Position numbers and translations under genes: made by a program. 64,000 nt of DNA from Leptogorgia sarmentosa (lineage: Eukaryota): assembly GCA_964658305.1 (NCBI GenBank), contig OZ210885.1, forward strand, positions 8,990,001-9,054,000, given 5' to 3'. Under the pieces are notes generated by a model. It saw only the letters and a program-made list of their open reading frames with translations, was not told the DNA's origin and searched no databases. Below, in pieces: positions 38,246 to 50,161 of the stretch; the stretch's first letter is position 1; each line of letters starts with the position of its first letter.

Positions 38246-39007
38246 AATATATGTTATTTACCAGCTGGGAGGTCCGTACTGGAAAATATTTTGTCGAGGT
38301 CTCAAAAACGGCCCGAGGCCGAAGGCCGAGGGACGTTTTTGAGACCGAGACAAAATATTTTCCAGTACGGACCGACCTAAATGGTAAATAACTTATTTAT
38401 TTTTTTTCTCCTCGATGTTATGATAAAATTCGTCAAAAATTCCAGTGTTGCGAACTAGATTTTGAGATCAGTTTGTTTGTTTACTTTGCTACTCAATCGC
38501 AAGTATGGCTGCTAAACAGCCAAGACGAAGTGAGGAAAAATCCTTCAATATTGACGCATTTTCTTCCATATTCACGCATTTCCACTCAACATTACGATGA
38601 AAAAGGTAAACTTGTTAAGATTATTTATTTTCCCGGTCGTTTCACGATAGAAACATGGTTAAAAAACGCTTTAGACACCGAAATATTTCGCCGAGAATGT
38701 TTTGTTTTGTTTTGTTGATACTGACGAGACTTTTGTCTTTTGTTTTTGTCGCTGTAAATACCCCCTAAAATATCCCGTAGCATAATAAAATGGACTTTCA
38801 TGTGTTCTTTATCGCCTAAATTCGTTTTGAATATTTTAATAAGCGGCCATTCAATTTTAAAAAACAAAAACATTGACTATATTTGTATTAAATCTACGAG
38901 AATGCATGCGAGCGGTCCGTAAAGTAGGTTACGGACCGCTCGGCAACCAATCAGAAAGCTGTATTTAGGTTACGGACCGGGAGTTACGGACCGAAAAAAA
39001 ATAAATA
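38246..39007 (+). mobile_element. Non-autonomous element with a long 5' hairpin (loop ggccgaaggcc) and a 3' CCAAT motif; Crypton-like
   Basis: Palindrome ~38253-38392; homologous to 58837-59592. Confidence 0.7.

Positions 39008-39433
39008 TAGATATTTGACAACTCACAGAGCAGGAACTTCGGCCATTGCTACTTATGCTGATTATCTGATGCTGATTATCTATCGACACATTTGGGTTTT
39101 GTTTTATGTCCATTGACATAATACTGTTTTACCCACATTTTATATTACAAAACGTAATTAGTCTGACTTCCTATCATCATATCAGGGGGGAAATATTTCG
39201 TTCAGGTCACCCTTCCCATAAAATTATATTACTTTCCCTTCCTGCACTGAATGTGATGTTTCAAAATGGTAAAAATAAGAGAGAAGATTTTGCCCTTGTT
39301 TTCATTCTTTGTAAAACGTTACCATTTAAGCCCCTTACATACGTTCAAGTTTTCTATGACAAGTTTTTATGTTGTGCACGTGTGTATGCACAAGTAACAA
39401 CATTCTATATAGGACAAGGAGAGTTAACTTGTC

Positions 39434-39472
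39434 TTAACAGCCGAACGCCCTAACCGATTGCGCCACAGAGAC
39434..39472 (-). pseudogene. trnN: tRNA-Asn 5' half fragment
   Basis: Matches the intact Asn copies. Confidence 0.7.

Positions 39473-39621
39473 TGACACTAAACGGAAAATTTTCGCCCAA
39501 ATTTTTTTGGCCAAAATCTGATTTTTTGCAAAGGCCACATTGAACGGGAGTAGAAAACAGAACTTCAACGGTGACAATGCCCGCAATGGTGATTACAACA
39601 CTTTCTGGTGTTTGAAACAGA

Positions 39622-39693
39622 TGCCGTGACGAGGATTCGAACCTAGGTTATGGCTGTCACAACGCAATGTACTAACCACTATTCGATCACGGC
39622..39693 (-). pseudogene. trnH: tRNA-His(GTG), degenerate
   Basis: Several substitutions relative to 49732-49803. Confidence 0.75.

Positions 39694-39800
39694 AACTTCG
39701 CTGCAAGAATGGAAAATGTTTTGGAACGGCTGAGATATTACATTAAGCCCGCATTTATCTTCCTCAGTACAAAGTACATTAGAGATTCGATATAATCAAT

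Positions 39801-39872
39801 GGCTTGCTGGCCTAGTAGTATGATTCTCGCTTAGGGTGCGGGAGGTCACCGGTTTGATTCCCGTGCAAGCCC
39801..39872 (+). pseudogene. trnP: tRNA-Pro(AGG), degenerate
   Basis: A-box and B-box mutations relative to the 41810 copy. Confidence 0.75.

Positions 39873-39943
39873 TAGTTAGTAAACCAACTAAGTTGTTCTC
39901 TTTTTTGAAAGCTTTCCAAAATCCTTGGTAAATCCCACTCAAA

Positions 39944-39954
39944 ACTCGAACCAA

Positions 39955-39987
<33 letters not shown>

Positions 39988-40004
39988 AGTTGCGCCACAC
40001 AGAC
39944..40004 (-). pseudogene. trnN: tRNA-Asn(GTT), 3'-truncated
   Basis: Lacks the 3' acceptor strand. Confidence 0.7.

Positions 40005-40208
40005 CACAGAGATATACTCGTGAATTTTCCAAAGACCTCAAATAGCACTCGTCCTTCGCAGTAGAGTTAGAAGTTGAAAACTTTGCTTTAAAAAAGTTTC
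40101 TTAGTGAACTTCTTTTTATAACTTTTCTCTTTTTTTCTCCTTTATTGCATCCTATAACACCACAATTTCCCAAATACATTGTGCATGGAAAATTTTGCAT
40201 TTACATGT

Positions 40209-40257
40209 GTAGTCGGCAGGATTTGAACCTATGCGGGAATTTCCCAACAGATTTCAA
40209..40257 (-). pseudogene. trnS: tRNA-Ser(TGA) 3' half fragment
   Basis: Matches the 43446 copy; broken at a rearrangement junction. Confidence 0.65.

Positions 40258-40557
40258 TCCAACTCCTACATCTTAGTGCACTACAAGAAATATTCCTCAA
40301 TTTCACCCTCCCAAACACTAACAAGATAATACAAAAACAACATAAACACAGTATTTCCGATGACCATTGAAAATTCGAAATGGTTTTAAAATCGTTCGAT
40401 TTTAACTGCGATTGACACAAAAACTTCCAATAAAATAATGTGTGCCTCCGTCACGTATTCGGCTCACGTCAGTTGTCAAGAGAAAATCAGAACGGGATGT
40501 GGCATGTTGAAGGTAGCAAAGAATAAATGTGGTAGGAAATTCCATGTTTTCATGCTT

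Positions 40558-40681
40558 GTCAGGATGGCCGAGTGGTCTAAAGCGCCAGACTCAAGTGCAA
40601 AAACTTGTCACGATCAACCTTGACATAATAGGGCGTTCTGGTCCACACATGCGTTCGTGGGTTCGAATCCCACTCCTGACA
40558..40681 (+). tRNA. trnL: tRNA-Leu(CAA) with intron
   Basis: Inverted paralog of 34658-34781. Confidence 0.8.

Positions 40682-41106
40682 ACAAATTTACAAAAAAATT
40701 GAGAGCATTTCTTTTCAAAGTTGATTTATTTACAAAATTCGATATCAACAAGAAAATGTTGCTGGATTTTTACTAAAAATTTCCACTGCACTACGGAAAC
40801 TGACCTATGCGCAAAACAATTCAGTTTAGATAATTATTGTTGGAAATTTGTGGTGCCATTTCGTGGTTTTAAGTTACAACTTTCACACAGGAAGTCAATA
40901 AGCGAGGAACTTTTAACGGGAAGTGAGGAACTTCTAACAGACTTATCGACTCTCGGAGTAATCGTTTGTCAAAGATAGAAAACAAAGGCATAATTTCAAT
41001 TTTAATCATTTTGCAATATGAACTGAATTAGTGAAGAATAGCAAAGGTAAATTAGGTAATAAAATTCAACGGCAAGCTTCTGAAATCAACAGGGAGTTGA
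41101 CAGCGT

Positions 41107-41191
41107 GCCTCATTAGCTCAGGGGTTAGAGCACTGGTCTAGTAAAACACCTAGTATACCAGGGGTCCAGAGTTCAAATCTCTGATGAGGCT
41107..41191 (+). tRNA. trnT: tRNA-Thr(AGT) with 12-nt intron
   Basis: Full cloverleaf; intron AAACACCTAGTA. Confidence 0.8.

Positions 41192-41281
41192 CAATTTTTT
41201 CTCGATTTCTTCGAAGCACAGTGAAGACAATTGCCACGAATACGTTACATGAGGTATTCAAGGTGTGGAGACTGATCAGAC

Positions 41282-41347
41282 TGGTCTAGTGGTCAGGATC
41301 TGGCGTTTTCACCGCAATGGTCCCGGTTCGATTCCCGGTGTGGGAAG
41282..41347 (+). pseudogene. trnE: tRNA-Glu(TTC), 5'-truncated
   Basis: Matches the 47841 copy minus its 5' acceptor strand. Confidence 0.7.

Positions 41348-41438
41348 TTTTTCTGAAAATTTCAATTTGAATCAACATTTTCAAACTCGTTCTCTGAAAT
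41401 CAAACCATTTCAACAGCGCTACTACGCTATCGCTTTTC

Positions 41439-41499
41439 CGTAGTCGGCAGGATTTGAACCTGCGCGGGAATTTCGCCTTAAACACTCGGCCACGACTAC
41439..41499 (-). pseudogene. trnS: tRNA-Ser with the anticodon arm deleted
   Basis: Both ends match the Ser copies; ~21-nt internal deletion. Confidence 0.7.

Positions 41500-41809
41500 G
41501 TTGGCATTAATCTTGGCGTGCACTTCGAAATGAAAATGTCTTCAATCTGCCAGTAAAATCCAACAAAATATTGCAGTAATTAACAGCAGGACTAATCGTT
41601 TTCAAGCATTGGAGGATATATTTAACACGAATGGTAGTATATCCATCTTAACCCTCTGGGTCGTAAAAATACAGCAATAATGGATACTATTGTTTCACCA
41701 AAATCTGATTTTTTCCGGAACTTCGATTGAAAAATATTTTGGAAACATTAAACCCAAATTTTTCTTCGTCACTAGCAAATACATTAGAAAACAATTTGAT
41801 ACCATCAAT

Positions 41810-41881
41810 GGCTTGCTGGTCTAGTGGTATGATTCTCGCTTAGGGTGCGAGAGGTCACGGGTTCGATTCCCGTGCAAGCCC
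41810..41881 (+). tRNA. trnP: tRNA-Pro(AGG)
   Basis: Intact cloverleaf, CTCGC-TT-AGG-GT-GCGAG. Confidence 0.9.

Positions 41882-41997
41882 TAGTTAATTAACCAAGTAA
41901 GACGTTCTCTTTTTTGAAAGCTTCCGTAAATCCTTAGAAAACCTCGCGCAAAAATTTCGGTTACATTTACCGTCAGGACGTCTGAACACACCAAACA

Positions 41998-42034
41998 CGT
42001 CCCTGGTTGGACTCGAACCAACAACCTTTCGGTG

Positions 42035-42065
<31 letters not shown>

Positions 42066-42071
42066 AGAGAC
41998..42071 (-). tRNA. trnN: tRNA-Asn(GTT), variant with C37
   Basis: Full length; one loop substitution. Confidence 0.8.

Positions 42072-42420
42072 CGATTCCGTTGAAATCCTTCCGAAAAGAA
42101 ATATAAAAATAATGGATATTATTTTTGTTCGAAATCTGATTTTTTGCCAAGGCCACTTTGAACGGGAATAATAAACAGAACTTCAACGGTGACGATGCTC
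42201 GTAATTGTGAATACAATACTTTTTTGCTGTTTTCTCTTGACAACTGACGTGAGCCGAATACGTGACGAAGGCACACATTATTTTATTGGAATTTTTTCAA
42301 TCAATCTCAGAAAACCCCGCGCAAAAAGTCGTTTACATAATGGGCATTACTATTTAACAAAACACTCTCGTGAGTTTACAGTTGCTAAATCAATCGCAAC
42401 GTCCATGAACAACGAAAATT

Positions 42421-42502
42421 TGGCAGCAGTGGGATTCGAACCCACGTCATCGAAATGACTGGTGCCTTAAACCAGCGCCTTAGACCACTCGGCCACGCTA
42501 CC
42421..42502 (-). tRNA. trnL: tRNA-Leu(AAG)
   Basis: GGTAGCGTGGCCGAGTGG...TT-AAG-GC, long variable arm. Confidence 0.9.

Positions 42503-42631
42503 CTTAACGAGTTGGTTATATGATTCGTGTTTAGAAAATAACCACGTCCAATGAAGAGTGTGCCTTTTGCTGCGAAAAAAAGGAAGAAACGTTTAACAAT
42601 TAGGAAACATTGTCAAGATCGTGTTAATTAA

Positions 42632-42690
42632 GGTTCTGTTGTGTAATGGTTAGCACTTTGGACTTCGGAGTTCAAGTCTCGCCAGAGCCT
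42632..42690 (+). pseudogene. trnQ: tRNA-Gln-derived pseudogene with an internal deletion
   Basis: GGTTCTGTTGTGTAATGGTTAGCACTTTGGACT, then a jump to the T arm. Confidence 0.65.

Positions 42691-42866
42691 ATTTTGTCAT
42701 TTGAATGTTTTTAAAATGCTGCGAATTTTATTACCTTTCTCTTCCGCCTTCCTTTTTTTAATTCAAAGTTAATTGCCGTTGGATGTGCCTGGGCAAAAAA
42801 AGAGATTTTTGACCAATAATATCCATTATTTTTATTTCCCCTCTCGGAAGGTTTTCAATAGAGTCA

Positions 42867-42872
42867 GTCTCT

Positions 42873-42916
<44 letters not shown>

Positions 42917-42940
42917 TTGGTTCGAGTCCAACCAGGGACG
42867..42940 (+). tRNA. trnN: tRNA-Asn(GTT)
   Basis: Intact 74-nt cloverleaf. Confidence 0.92.

Positions 42941-43062
42941 TGTTTGGTGTGATGTTATTCAGACGTCGTGACGGCGAATGTAATCGAAATTTTTGCGCGA
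43001 GGTTTTCTAAGGATTTTTGGAATCTTCCAAAAAAGGGAACGTCTTACTTGGTTAATTAACTA

Positions 43063-43134
43063 GGGCTTGCACGGGAATCGAACCCGTGACCTCCCGCACC
43101 CTAAGCGAGAATCATACCACTAGACCAGCAAGCC
43063..43134 (-). tRNA. trnP: tRNA-Pro(AGG)
   Basis: Full-length cloverleaf. Confidence 0.87.

Positions 43135-43445
43135 GTTGTTGATACCAAATTTTTTTCTAATGTATTTTGTAGTGACAAAGAAAAATTTGGTATTAATGTT
43201 TCCAAAACATTTTCCAATCGATCTTCCCGGAAGAAATCAGATTTTGGTGAACAAATAGTATCCACTATTGCTGTATTTTTACGACCCAGAGGATTAAGAT
43301 GGATATACTACCATTCGTGTTAAATATGTCCGCCAATGCTTGAAAACGATTAGTCCTGCTGTTAATTACTGCAATATTTTGTTGGATTTTACTGGCAGAT
43401 TGAAGATATTTTCATTTCGAAGTGCAAGCCAAGAGTTATGCCAAC

Positions 43446-43527
43446 GTAGTCGTGGCCGAGTGGTTAAGGCGGCAGACTTGAAATCTGTTGGGAAATTCCC
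43501 GCGCAGGTTCAAATCCTGCCCACTACG
43446..43527 (+). tRNA. trnS: tRNA-Ser(TGA)
   Basis: 82 nt with long variable arm; one acceptor-stem mismatch. Confidence 0.82.

Positions 43528-43671
43528 GAAAAGCGACTACGGAAAATTTCTAGGATGTAGCTATTTGGCAAAATTAATGGCGTAGTAGCGCTTTTAAAAT
43601 GGTTTGATTTCTGAGAACGAGTTTGAAAATGTGAACACAAGCTGATTCAAATTGAAATTTTCAGAAAAAAA

Positions 43672-43743
43672 CTCCCACGCCAGGATTCGAACCCGGGCCA
43701 TGGCGGTGAAAACGCCATAACCGAACTATTAGACCACATGGGA
43672..43743 (-). pseudogene. trnE: tRNA-Glu(TTC), degenerate
   Basis: D-arm mutations relative to the 47841 copy. Confidence 0.72.

Positions 43744-43832
43744 GTGATAACTTGTTGTCTATTCCTGTGCTGCAAAGCACGTTTTTTTCTCGTGTTGCAG
43801 TTGAAATTGAAATGCAACAAAATGAAAATAAT

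Positions 43833-43921
43833 ATGAGTTAGCGGGGAATCGAACCCCGGTCTCCCGCAACAATTGAACTCTGGACCCCTGGTTTACGAAA
43901 CCAGTGCTCTAACCTCTGAGC
43833..43921 (-). pseudogene. Fused fragments of tRNA-Gly (3' half) and tRNA-Thr(CGT) (core)
   Basis: Adjacent partial matches to the Gly and Thr copies. Confidence 0.6.

Positions 43922-44077
43922 TCTAAGCTGCAGGCGAAATCTTTTTAAGATGCTTTATCGTACATAATGCTCTTTGGTTAGCTTTGTTATTTGATCAGTG
44001 TCCACATCTTGGATACCTCATGCAACATATTCGTGGCAATTGTCTTCACTGTGCTTCGAAGAAATGGAGAAAAATTG

Positions 44078-44162
44078 AGCCTCATCAGAGATTTGAACTC
44101 TGGACCCCTGGTTTACCAGCTGTTTTACTAGACCAGTGCTCTAACGCCTGAGCTAATGAGGC
44078..44162 (-). tRNA. trnT: tRNA-Thr(AGT) with 12-nt intron
   Basis: Intron AAACAGCTGGTA; D-loop substitution. 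Confidence 0.75.

Positions 44163-44436
44163 ACGTTGACAACTCCCTGTTGCTTTCACATGCTTGCCCA
44201 TTGAATTTTATTACTTAAATTACCTTTGCTATTCTTCACTAATTCAGTTCATATTGCAAAATGATTAAAATTGAAATGATGTCCTGGTAGGTATGTTAAA
44301 AGTTCCTCACTTCCTGTTACAAGCTCCTCGCTTATTGACTTTCTGTGTGAAAGTTGTAACTTAAAACCACGAAATGGCACCACAAATTTCGAACAATAAT
44401 TATCTAATTAAACTGAATTATTTTGCGCATATGCCA

Positions 44437-44509
44437 GTTTCCGTAGTGTAGTGGTTATCACATGCGCTTAACACGCGCAAGGTCCTCAGTTCGAACCTGG
44501 GCGGAAACA
44437..44509 (+). tRNA. trnV: tRNA-Val(AAC)
   Basis: Intact cloverleaf. Confidence 0.9.

Positions 44510-44651
44510 TAGATATTAGCTTTTTTAAATTGAGAAATTTTTCTCACTGAAATTTTTCAGTAAAAAACCAGCAAAATTTCCTTGGTGATATCGAATTGGT
44601 GTAAATAGTTCAGCTTTGAAAAGAAATGCTCTCAATTTTTTGTAAATTTGT

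Positions 44652-44775
44652 TGTCAGGAGTGGGATTCGAAACCACGACCACATGTGTGGATCAGAACGC
44701 CCTATTATGTCAAGGTTGATCGTGACAAGTTTTTGCACTTGAGTTTGGCGCCTTAGACCGCTCGGCCATCCTGAC
44652..44775 (-). pseudogene. trnL: tRNA-Leu(CAA) with intron, mutated stems
   Basis: Anticodon-stem and T-stem substitutions. Confidence 0.72.

Positions 44776-45209
44776 ACGCATGAAAACATGGAATTTCCTA
44801 CCACATTTATTCTTTGCTACCTTCAACATGCCACATCCAGTTCTGATTTTCTCTTGACAACTGACGTGAGCCGAATACGTGACACAGGTACACATTATTT
44901 TATTGGAATTTTTTCAATCAATCGCAGTTAAAATCGAACGATTTTAATACCATTGCGAATTTTCAATGATTATCGGAAATACTGTGTTTATGTTGTTTTT
45001 GTGTTATCTTGTTAGTGTTTTGGATGGTGTAATTGAGGGATTGTTATACATTTCTTGTAGTGCACTGGTTACTACACGCTTCTAACACTGCAAGCACCCC
45101 AGTTTAAATCTGCAAGGACCTGCATCTCCATGAATTTGTTTCAACTTTTTTGTCGCATCGATGCACTTCTCCAGAATTTTGTCTTTGTTTTGTAATTTTG
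45201 TTCCAATTC

Positions 45210-45282
45210 GTTTCTGTAGTGAAGTGGTTATCACGTGCGCCTCACACGCGTAAGGTCCCCAGTTCAATCCTGGGCAGAAAGA
45210..45282 (+). pseudogene. trnV: tRNA-Val(CAC), degenerate
   Basis: CT-CAC-AC loop; D-stem and acceptor mismatches. Confidence 0.72.

Positions 45283-45448
45283 AGGAATCAATAAATCAGC
45301 GGCTCTGGGCGGAAAGTTTTAGTGCTTTCATTTTAAATTTGTTACTTGGAAATAATTATATTGGAACCACGAAATGGCACCACAAATTTCGGATAATAAT
45401 TATCTAATTAAACTGGATAAATACATTTCTATGTATGCGCATAGGTCA

Positions 45449-45521
45449 GTTTCCGTAATGTAGTGGTTATCACATGCGATTAACACGTGCAAGGTCCTCA
45501 GTTCGAACCTGGGCGGAAACA
45449..45521 (+). pseudogene. trnV: tRNA-Val(AAC), degenerate (first of three ~185-bp tandem units)
   Basis: D-stem and anticodon-stem substitutions. 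Confidence 0.72.

Positions 45522-45633
45522 TACATATGAGCTTTTTTTACTGCAGATATTCTTTTTGGAAAATTTCAATAAAAAACCTAAAAAATTAATTACAGTGAAT
45601 ACATCTATTTGTGTATGTTTTGCGCATATGCCA

Positions 45634-45706
45634 GTTTCCGTAGTGTAGTGGTTATCACATGCGCTTAACACGTGCAAGGTCCTCAGTCCGAACCTGGGCG
45701 GAAACA
45634..45706 (+). tRNA. trnV: tRNA-Val(AAC), T-loop variant
   Basis: GTCCGA instead of GTTCGA. Confidence 0.7.

Positions 45707-45817
45707 TACATATGAGCTTTTTTAACTGCAGATATATTTTTCGAAGATTTCAGTAAAAAACCTGAAAAATTAATCGAAGTGAATACATCTATTTCTATAT
45801 GTTTTGCACATATGTCA

Positions 45818-45890
45818 GTTTCCGTAGTGTAGTGGTTATCACATGCGCTTAACACGCGCAAGGTCCTCAGTTCGAACCTGGGCGGAAACA
45818..45890 (+). tRNA. trnV: tRNA-Val(AAC)
   Basis: Intact cloverleaf. 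Confidence 0.9.

Positions 45891-46034
45891 TACATATATG
45901 AGCTTTTTTCTACTAGGCTTATTTTTCTTTGGAATTAACCAGTAAACAACCAGAAAAATATTCTTGCTGATATCGAATTAGTTTAACTAGATCAGCTTCG
46001 AAAAGAAATGCTCTCAATTTGTTTGTAAATTTGT

Positions 46035-46158
46035 TGTCAGGAGCGGGATTCGAACCCACGACCACATGTGTGGACCAGGACGCCCTATTATGTCAAGGTT
46101 AATCGTCACAAGTTTTTGCACTTGAGTCTGGCGCCTTAGACCGCTCGGCCATCCTGAC
46035..46158 (-). tRNA. trnL: tRNA-Leu(CAA) with intron
   Basis: Full length with few substitutions. Confidence 0.8.

Positions 46159-46581
46159 ACGCATGAAAACATGGAATTTCCTACCACATTTATTCTTTGA
46201 TACCTTCAACATGCCACATCCAGTTCTAATTCTTTCCCTTGAGAATTTACCTGACCTAAATAAGTCAAAGAGGTATACATTATGTTATTACAATTTTTTC
46301 TATAATCTCATTTAAAATCAAACGATTTAATACCATTGGGAAATTCGATGGTCACCGGAAATACTGTGTTTAGGTTATTTTTGTGTTATCTTGTTAGCGT
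46401 TTTCGACGGTGAAATTGAGGGATTGCCATACATTTCGTGTAGTGCACCGGTTACTGCATGCGTCTCACACTGGAAGGACACCAGTTTAAGTCTAGCTTGG
46501 ACTTGCATGACCTTTAACTTACTTCATGCTTTTTGTTGCATCGATTCATATCTCCCCAAACTTTGCCTCTGTTTCCAATTC

Positions 46582-46654
46582 GTTACCGTAGTGTAGTGGT
46601 GATCACGTGCGCCTCACACGCGCAAGGTCCTCAGTTGGAACCTGGGCAGAAACA
46582..46654 (+). pseudogene. trnV: tRNA-Val(CAC), degenerate or chimeric
   Basis: CAC loop and CAC-type 5' flank, but AAC-type 3' flank; B-box mutated. Confidence 0.7.

Positions 46655-46804
46655 TACATATGCGATTTTTTAATTGCAGTAATTGCAGATATTTTTTTCA
46701 TTGGAATTTTTCAGTAAAAACCAGTAACATTTCTTGGTGATATCGAATTTGTGTAAATAGATCAGCTCTGAAAAGAAATGCTCTCAATTTTTTTGTTAAT
46801 TTGT

Positions 46805-46928
46805 TATCAGGAGTGGGATTCGAACCTACGACCACATGTGTGGACCAGAACGCCCTATTATGTCAAGGTTAATCGTGACAAGTTTTTGCACTTGAGTCTG
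46901 GCGCCTTAGACCGCTCGGCCTTCCTGAT
46805..46928 (-). pseudogene. trnL: tRNA-Leu(CAA) with intron, degenerate
   Basis: Acceptor-stem changes. Confidence 0.72.

Positions 46929-47104
46929 GCGCATGAAAACATCGAATTTCCTATCACATTTATTCTTTGATACTTTCAACATGCCACACCCCGTTCTGAT
47001 TTTCTCTTGACAACTGACGTGAGCCTATTATTACTATTTAACAAAACACACTCGTGAGTTTACAGTTGCTAAATCAATCGCAACGTCCATGAACAACGAG
47101 AATT

Positions 47105-47186
47105 TGGCAGCGGTGGGATTCGAACCCACGTCATCGAAATGACTTGTGACTTAAACCAGCGCCTTCGACCACTCGGCCACGCTACC
47105..47186 (-). pseudogene. trnL: tRNA-Leu(AAG), degenerate
   Basis: Paralog of the 42421 copy with anticodon-arm substitutions. Confidence 0.75.

Positions 47187-47311
47187 CTTAACGAGTTGGT
47201 TATATGACTCGTGTTTAGAAAATAACCACGTCCAATGAAGAGTGTGCCTTTTGCTGCGAAAAAAAGGAAGAAACGTTAAACAATTAGGAAACATTGTCAA
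47301 GATCGTGTTAA

Positions 47312-47370
47312 GGTTCTGTTGTGTAATGGTTAGCACTTTGGACTTCCGAGTTCAAGTCTCGCCAGAGCCT
47312..47370 (+). pseudogene. trnQ: tRNA-Gln-derived pseudogene with the same deletion as 42632
   Basis: Duplicate of 42632-42690. Confidence 0.65.

Positions 47371-47840
47371 ATTTTGACATTTGAATGTTTTTAAAATGCT
47401 GCGAATTTTATTACCTTTCTCTTCCGCCTTCCTTTTTTTAATTCAAAGTTAATTGAAACAAATTGATCCAAGAACAAAATTAATGCGAAGGGGAGATTGT
47501 AAAATTAATTACTAATGGGAAATTATGACGAGTAAAAGTCAAGAATTTAAAAAGCAATGCAAAAACTCTGTCCACGATCAAAAGAGTTTGTGGCAATCAA
47601 ATAGTTTTAGCTAAAAGAGGTTGATATCAGAAAATATTAATTTACCATCCTCTGGTATGGATAAAATTATCACAGTATATTATGTCTGTGTTACAAAGCT
47701 GCGTTTTTTCTGGTATTGCAATTGAAATTAAAACTCATCAGAACGAAAATATTCTGCGTTAGCCGGGAATCTAATCCCAGTCTCGGGCGAGTTCGAATAT
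47801 GTGAAGACAAACTGTTCCAAATAGAAATTTTCAGAAAATA

Positions 47841-47912
47841 TTCCCACGCCGGGAATCGAACCCGGGCGATGGCGGTGAAAACGCCAGATCCTAACCACTA
47901 GACCACATGGGA
47841..47912 (-). tRNA. trnE: tRNA-Glu(TTC)
   Basis: TCCCATGTGGTCTAGTGG...TT-TTC-AC...GTGGGAA. Confidence 0.88.

Positions 47913-47996
47913 GTTGCAATTTTGATATCATGTCTGTGTTACGAACCCACATTTTTTCTCGAGTTGCAATTGAAATGCAACAAAATGAAAACATTC

Positions 47997-48067
47997 TGCG
48001 TTTGCTGTGAATCAAACCCCGGTCTCAAGGGTGGCAGGCGAGAATTCTACCACTGAACCACCAACGC
47997..48067 (-). pseudogene. trnG: tRNA-Gly(GCC), degenerate
   Basis: GCGTTGGTGGTTCAGTGGTAGAATTCTCGCCTGCCA with a mutated 3' half. Confidence 0.75.

Positions 48068-48389
48068 AAAGTTGACGCCCTTGTCAGGAGGTAAACGTGG
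48101 CTTCAGGCAAATTCAGGCATGTTCCTGCACAAGTAGGTAGCATTCTATATATTTGAGTTCAAGTTTCATATCTTTCCACCATTTCAGTACGTTTGGAAAA
48201 AAAATAAGTACTGCTAATAGAATGGTTTCGAGTGGAATTTGGAATTAACTTGCAGGAGTGAGTTTAGCAAAGATCTCAAAATAGAAAGTTTCTATTGTTC
48301 AGAGTGTAGCGCTGAGAGTGTGTAGGTGAGTTGTAGATGGATGTGAATGTTCATTAATGAACAACGTGAAACCGGTTGGTTGTAGCAAC

Positions 48390-48471
48390 GTAGTCGTGGC
48401 CGAGCGGTTAAGGCGACAGACTAGAAATCTGTTGGGAGTTTCCCGCGCAGGTTCAAATCCTGCCGACTACG
48390..48471 (+). tRNA. trnS: tRNA-Ser(AGA)
   Basis: Intact 82-nt type II cloverleaf. Confidence 0.92.

Positions 48472-48777
48472 TTATGCAAAGTCTTTAAAATTTTGGCCTC
48501 GAAGATAAACATGAATTGTTTTGGGGAAAAACTCGATGACAGGAAGTTGTGTTCTCGGTGGTGGCGGCTGAGTGTTTTAAGTGACAGATTCAATGCCCAA
48601 GTTTTCCATCTACAAAACAACGGAAAGAATTCGCGTTTTTTATTTGTATTAAGGTTATGAAACATGCTAAGAAAGATTTTGTATTTGAATGTAAAATTGA
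48701 AAGAACAGAGGTCCGTGAATTGGTTATAGTTGCGTTTGAAAGTATATGTACGTAATTAACCTATAGTAGACAACACA

Positions 48778-48849
48778 GGGAGTGTAGCTCAGTGGTAGAG
48801 CATTCGACTGCAGATCGAGAGGTCGGTGGTTCAAATCCACCCGCTCCTT
48778..48849 (+). tRNA. trnC: tRNA-Cys(GCA)
   Basis: Intact cloverleaf, CT-GCA-GA. Confidence 0.9.

Positions 48850-49027
48850 CTTATCCTACCTATAAACTGGAAAACTTTCAAATTCTTTAAAGCAGGCTGA
48901 TGGGAAATATGCGACCCAAAGAGTTGAGATGCATATACTACGATTCGTGTTAAATCTATCCACCAATACTTGAAAACGATTACTAAAATATTTTGTTTGA
49001 TTTTACTCGCAGAATGAGAATTCATTT

Positions 49028-49097
49028 GAGTGGTTAAGGCGACAGATTAGAAATCTGTTGGGAAATTTCCGCGCAGGTTCAAATCCTGCCGACTACG
49028..49097 (+). pseudogene. trnS: tRNA-Ser, 5'-truncated
   Basis: Missing the first ~12 nt. 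Confidence 0.7.

Positions 49098-49351
49098 GAA
49101 GAGCAAATTTCCAGAATGTATTTGGCAAAATTTTGGTGTTATGGGTGGTTATGATTTGGGTGTAGGAGAAAAAAGAGAAAAGTTATAAAAAGAAGTTGTC
49201 GAAGAAACTTTTTTAAAGCAAAGTTTTCAACTTCTAGCTGGAGTCCGAACGACGAGTGCTATTTGCGGTTTTCGGAAAACTCACGAGTGTTTTGTTATTA
49301 AATAGTAATATCCGTTATTTTTACATTTCTTTTGGGAAAGTTTTTGAGTTG

Positions 49352-49370
49352 GTTTTTGTGGCGCAATCGA

Positions 49371-49401
<31 letters not shown>

Positions 49402-49425
49402 TTGGTTCGAATCCAACCAGGGACG
49352..49425 (+). pseudogene. trnN: tRNA-Asn(GTT), degenerate
   Basis: Acceptor-stem and D-loop substitutions. Confidence 0.75.

Positions 49426-49548
49426 TGTTTGGTGTGTTCAGACGCCGTGACGGTAAATGTAACAATGTAACCGAATTTTTTGCGCGGGGTTTTCTAAGGA
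49501 TTTATGGAAGCTTTCAAAAAGAGAACGTCTTACTTGGTTAATTAACTA

Positions 49549-49620
49549 GGGCTTGCACGATAATCGAACCCGTGACCTCTCGCACCCAAAGCGAGAATCA
49601 TACCACTAGACCAGCAAGCC
49549..49620 (-). pseudogene. trnP: tRNA-Pro(TGG), T-stem mutated
   Basis: TT-TGG-GT loop; two T-stem substitutions. Confidence 0.75.

Positions 49621-49731
49621 ATTGATGGTATCAAAATGTTTTCTAATGTACTTTGTACTGACGGAGAAAAATGGGGCATTAATGTAAAATCTCATCCGTT
49701 CCAAAACATTTTCCAATCTTTCAGCGAAGTC

Positions 49732-49803
49732 GCCGTGATCGTATAGTGGTTAGTACATTGCGTTGTGGCCGCAATAACCCAGGTTCGAATCCTGGTCACG
49801 GCA
49732..49803 (+). tRNA. trnH: tRNA-His(GTG)
   Basis: Intact cloverleaf. Confidence 0.92.

Positions 49804-49971
49804 TCTGTTTCAAACACCAAAAAGTATTGTAATCACCATTGCGGGCATCGTCACCGTTGAAGTTCTGTTTATTATTCCCGTTGGATGTGGCCTTGGCTAA
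49901 AAATCAGATTTTGACCAAAAATAATATCCATTATTTTCATATTTCTTTTCGGAAGGTTTTCAAAGGAGTCG

Positions 49972-49977
49972 GTCTCT

Positions 49978-50021
<44 letters not shown>

Positions 50022-50045
50022 TTGGTTCGAGTCCAACCAGGGACG
49972..50045 (+). tRNA. trnN: tRNA-Asn(GTT)
   Basis: Intact cloverleaf. Confidence 0.92.

Positions 50046-50161
50046 TGTTTGGTGTGTTCAGACGTCCTGACGGTAAATGTAACCGAATTTTTTGCGCGAG
50101 GTTTTCTAAGGATTTACGAAAGCTTTCAAAAAACAGAACATCTTACTTGGTTAATTAACTA

Noticed and set aside
43446..43527. Selenocysteine or suppressor tRNA
   Set aside because: Anticodon TGA decodes UCA (Ser); the body is a standard Ser tRNA.
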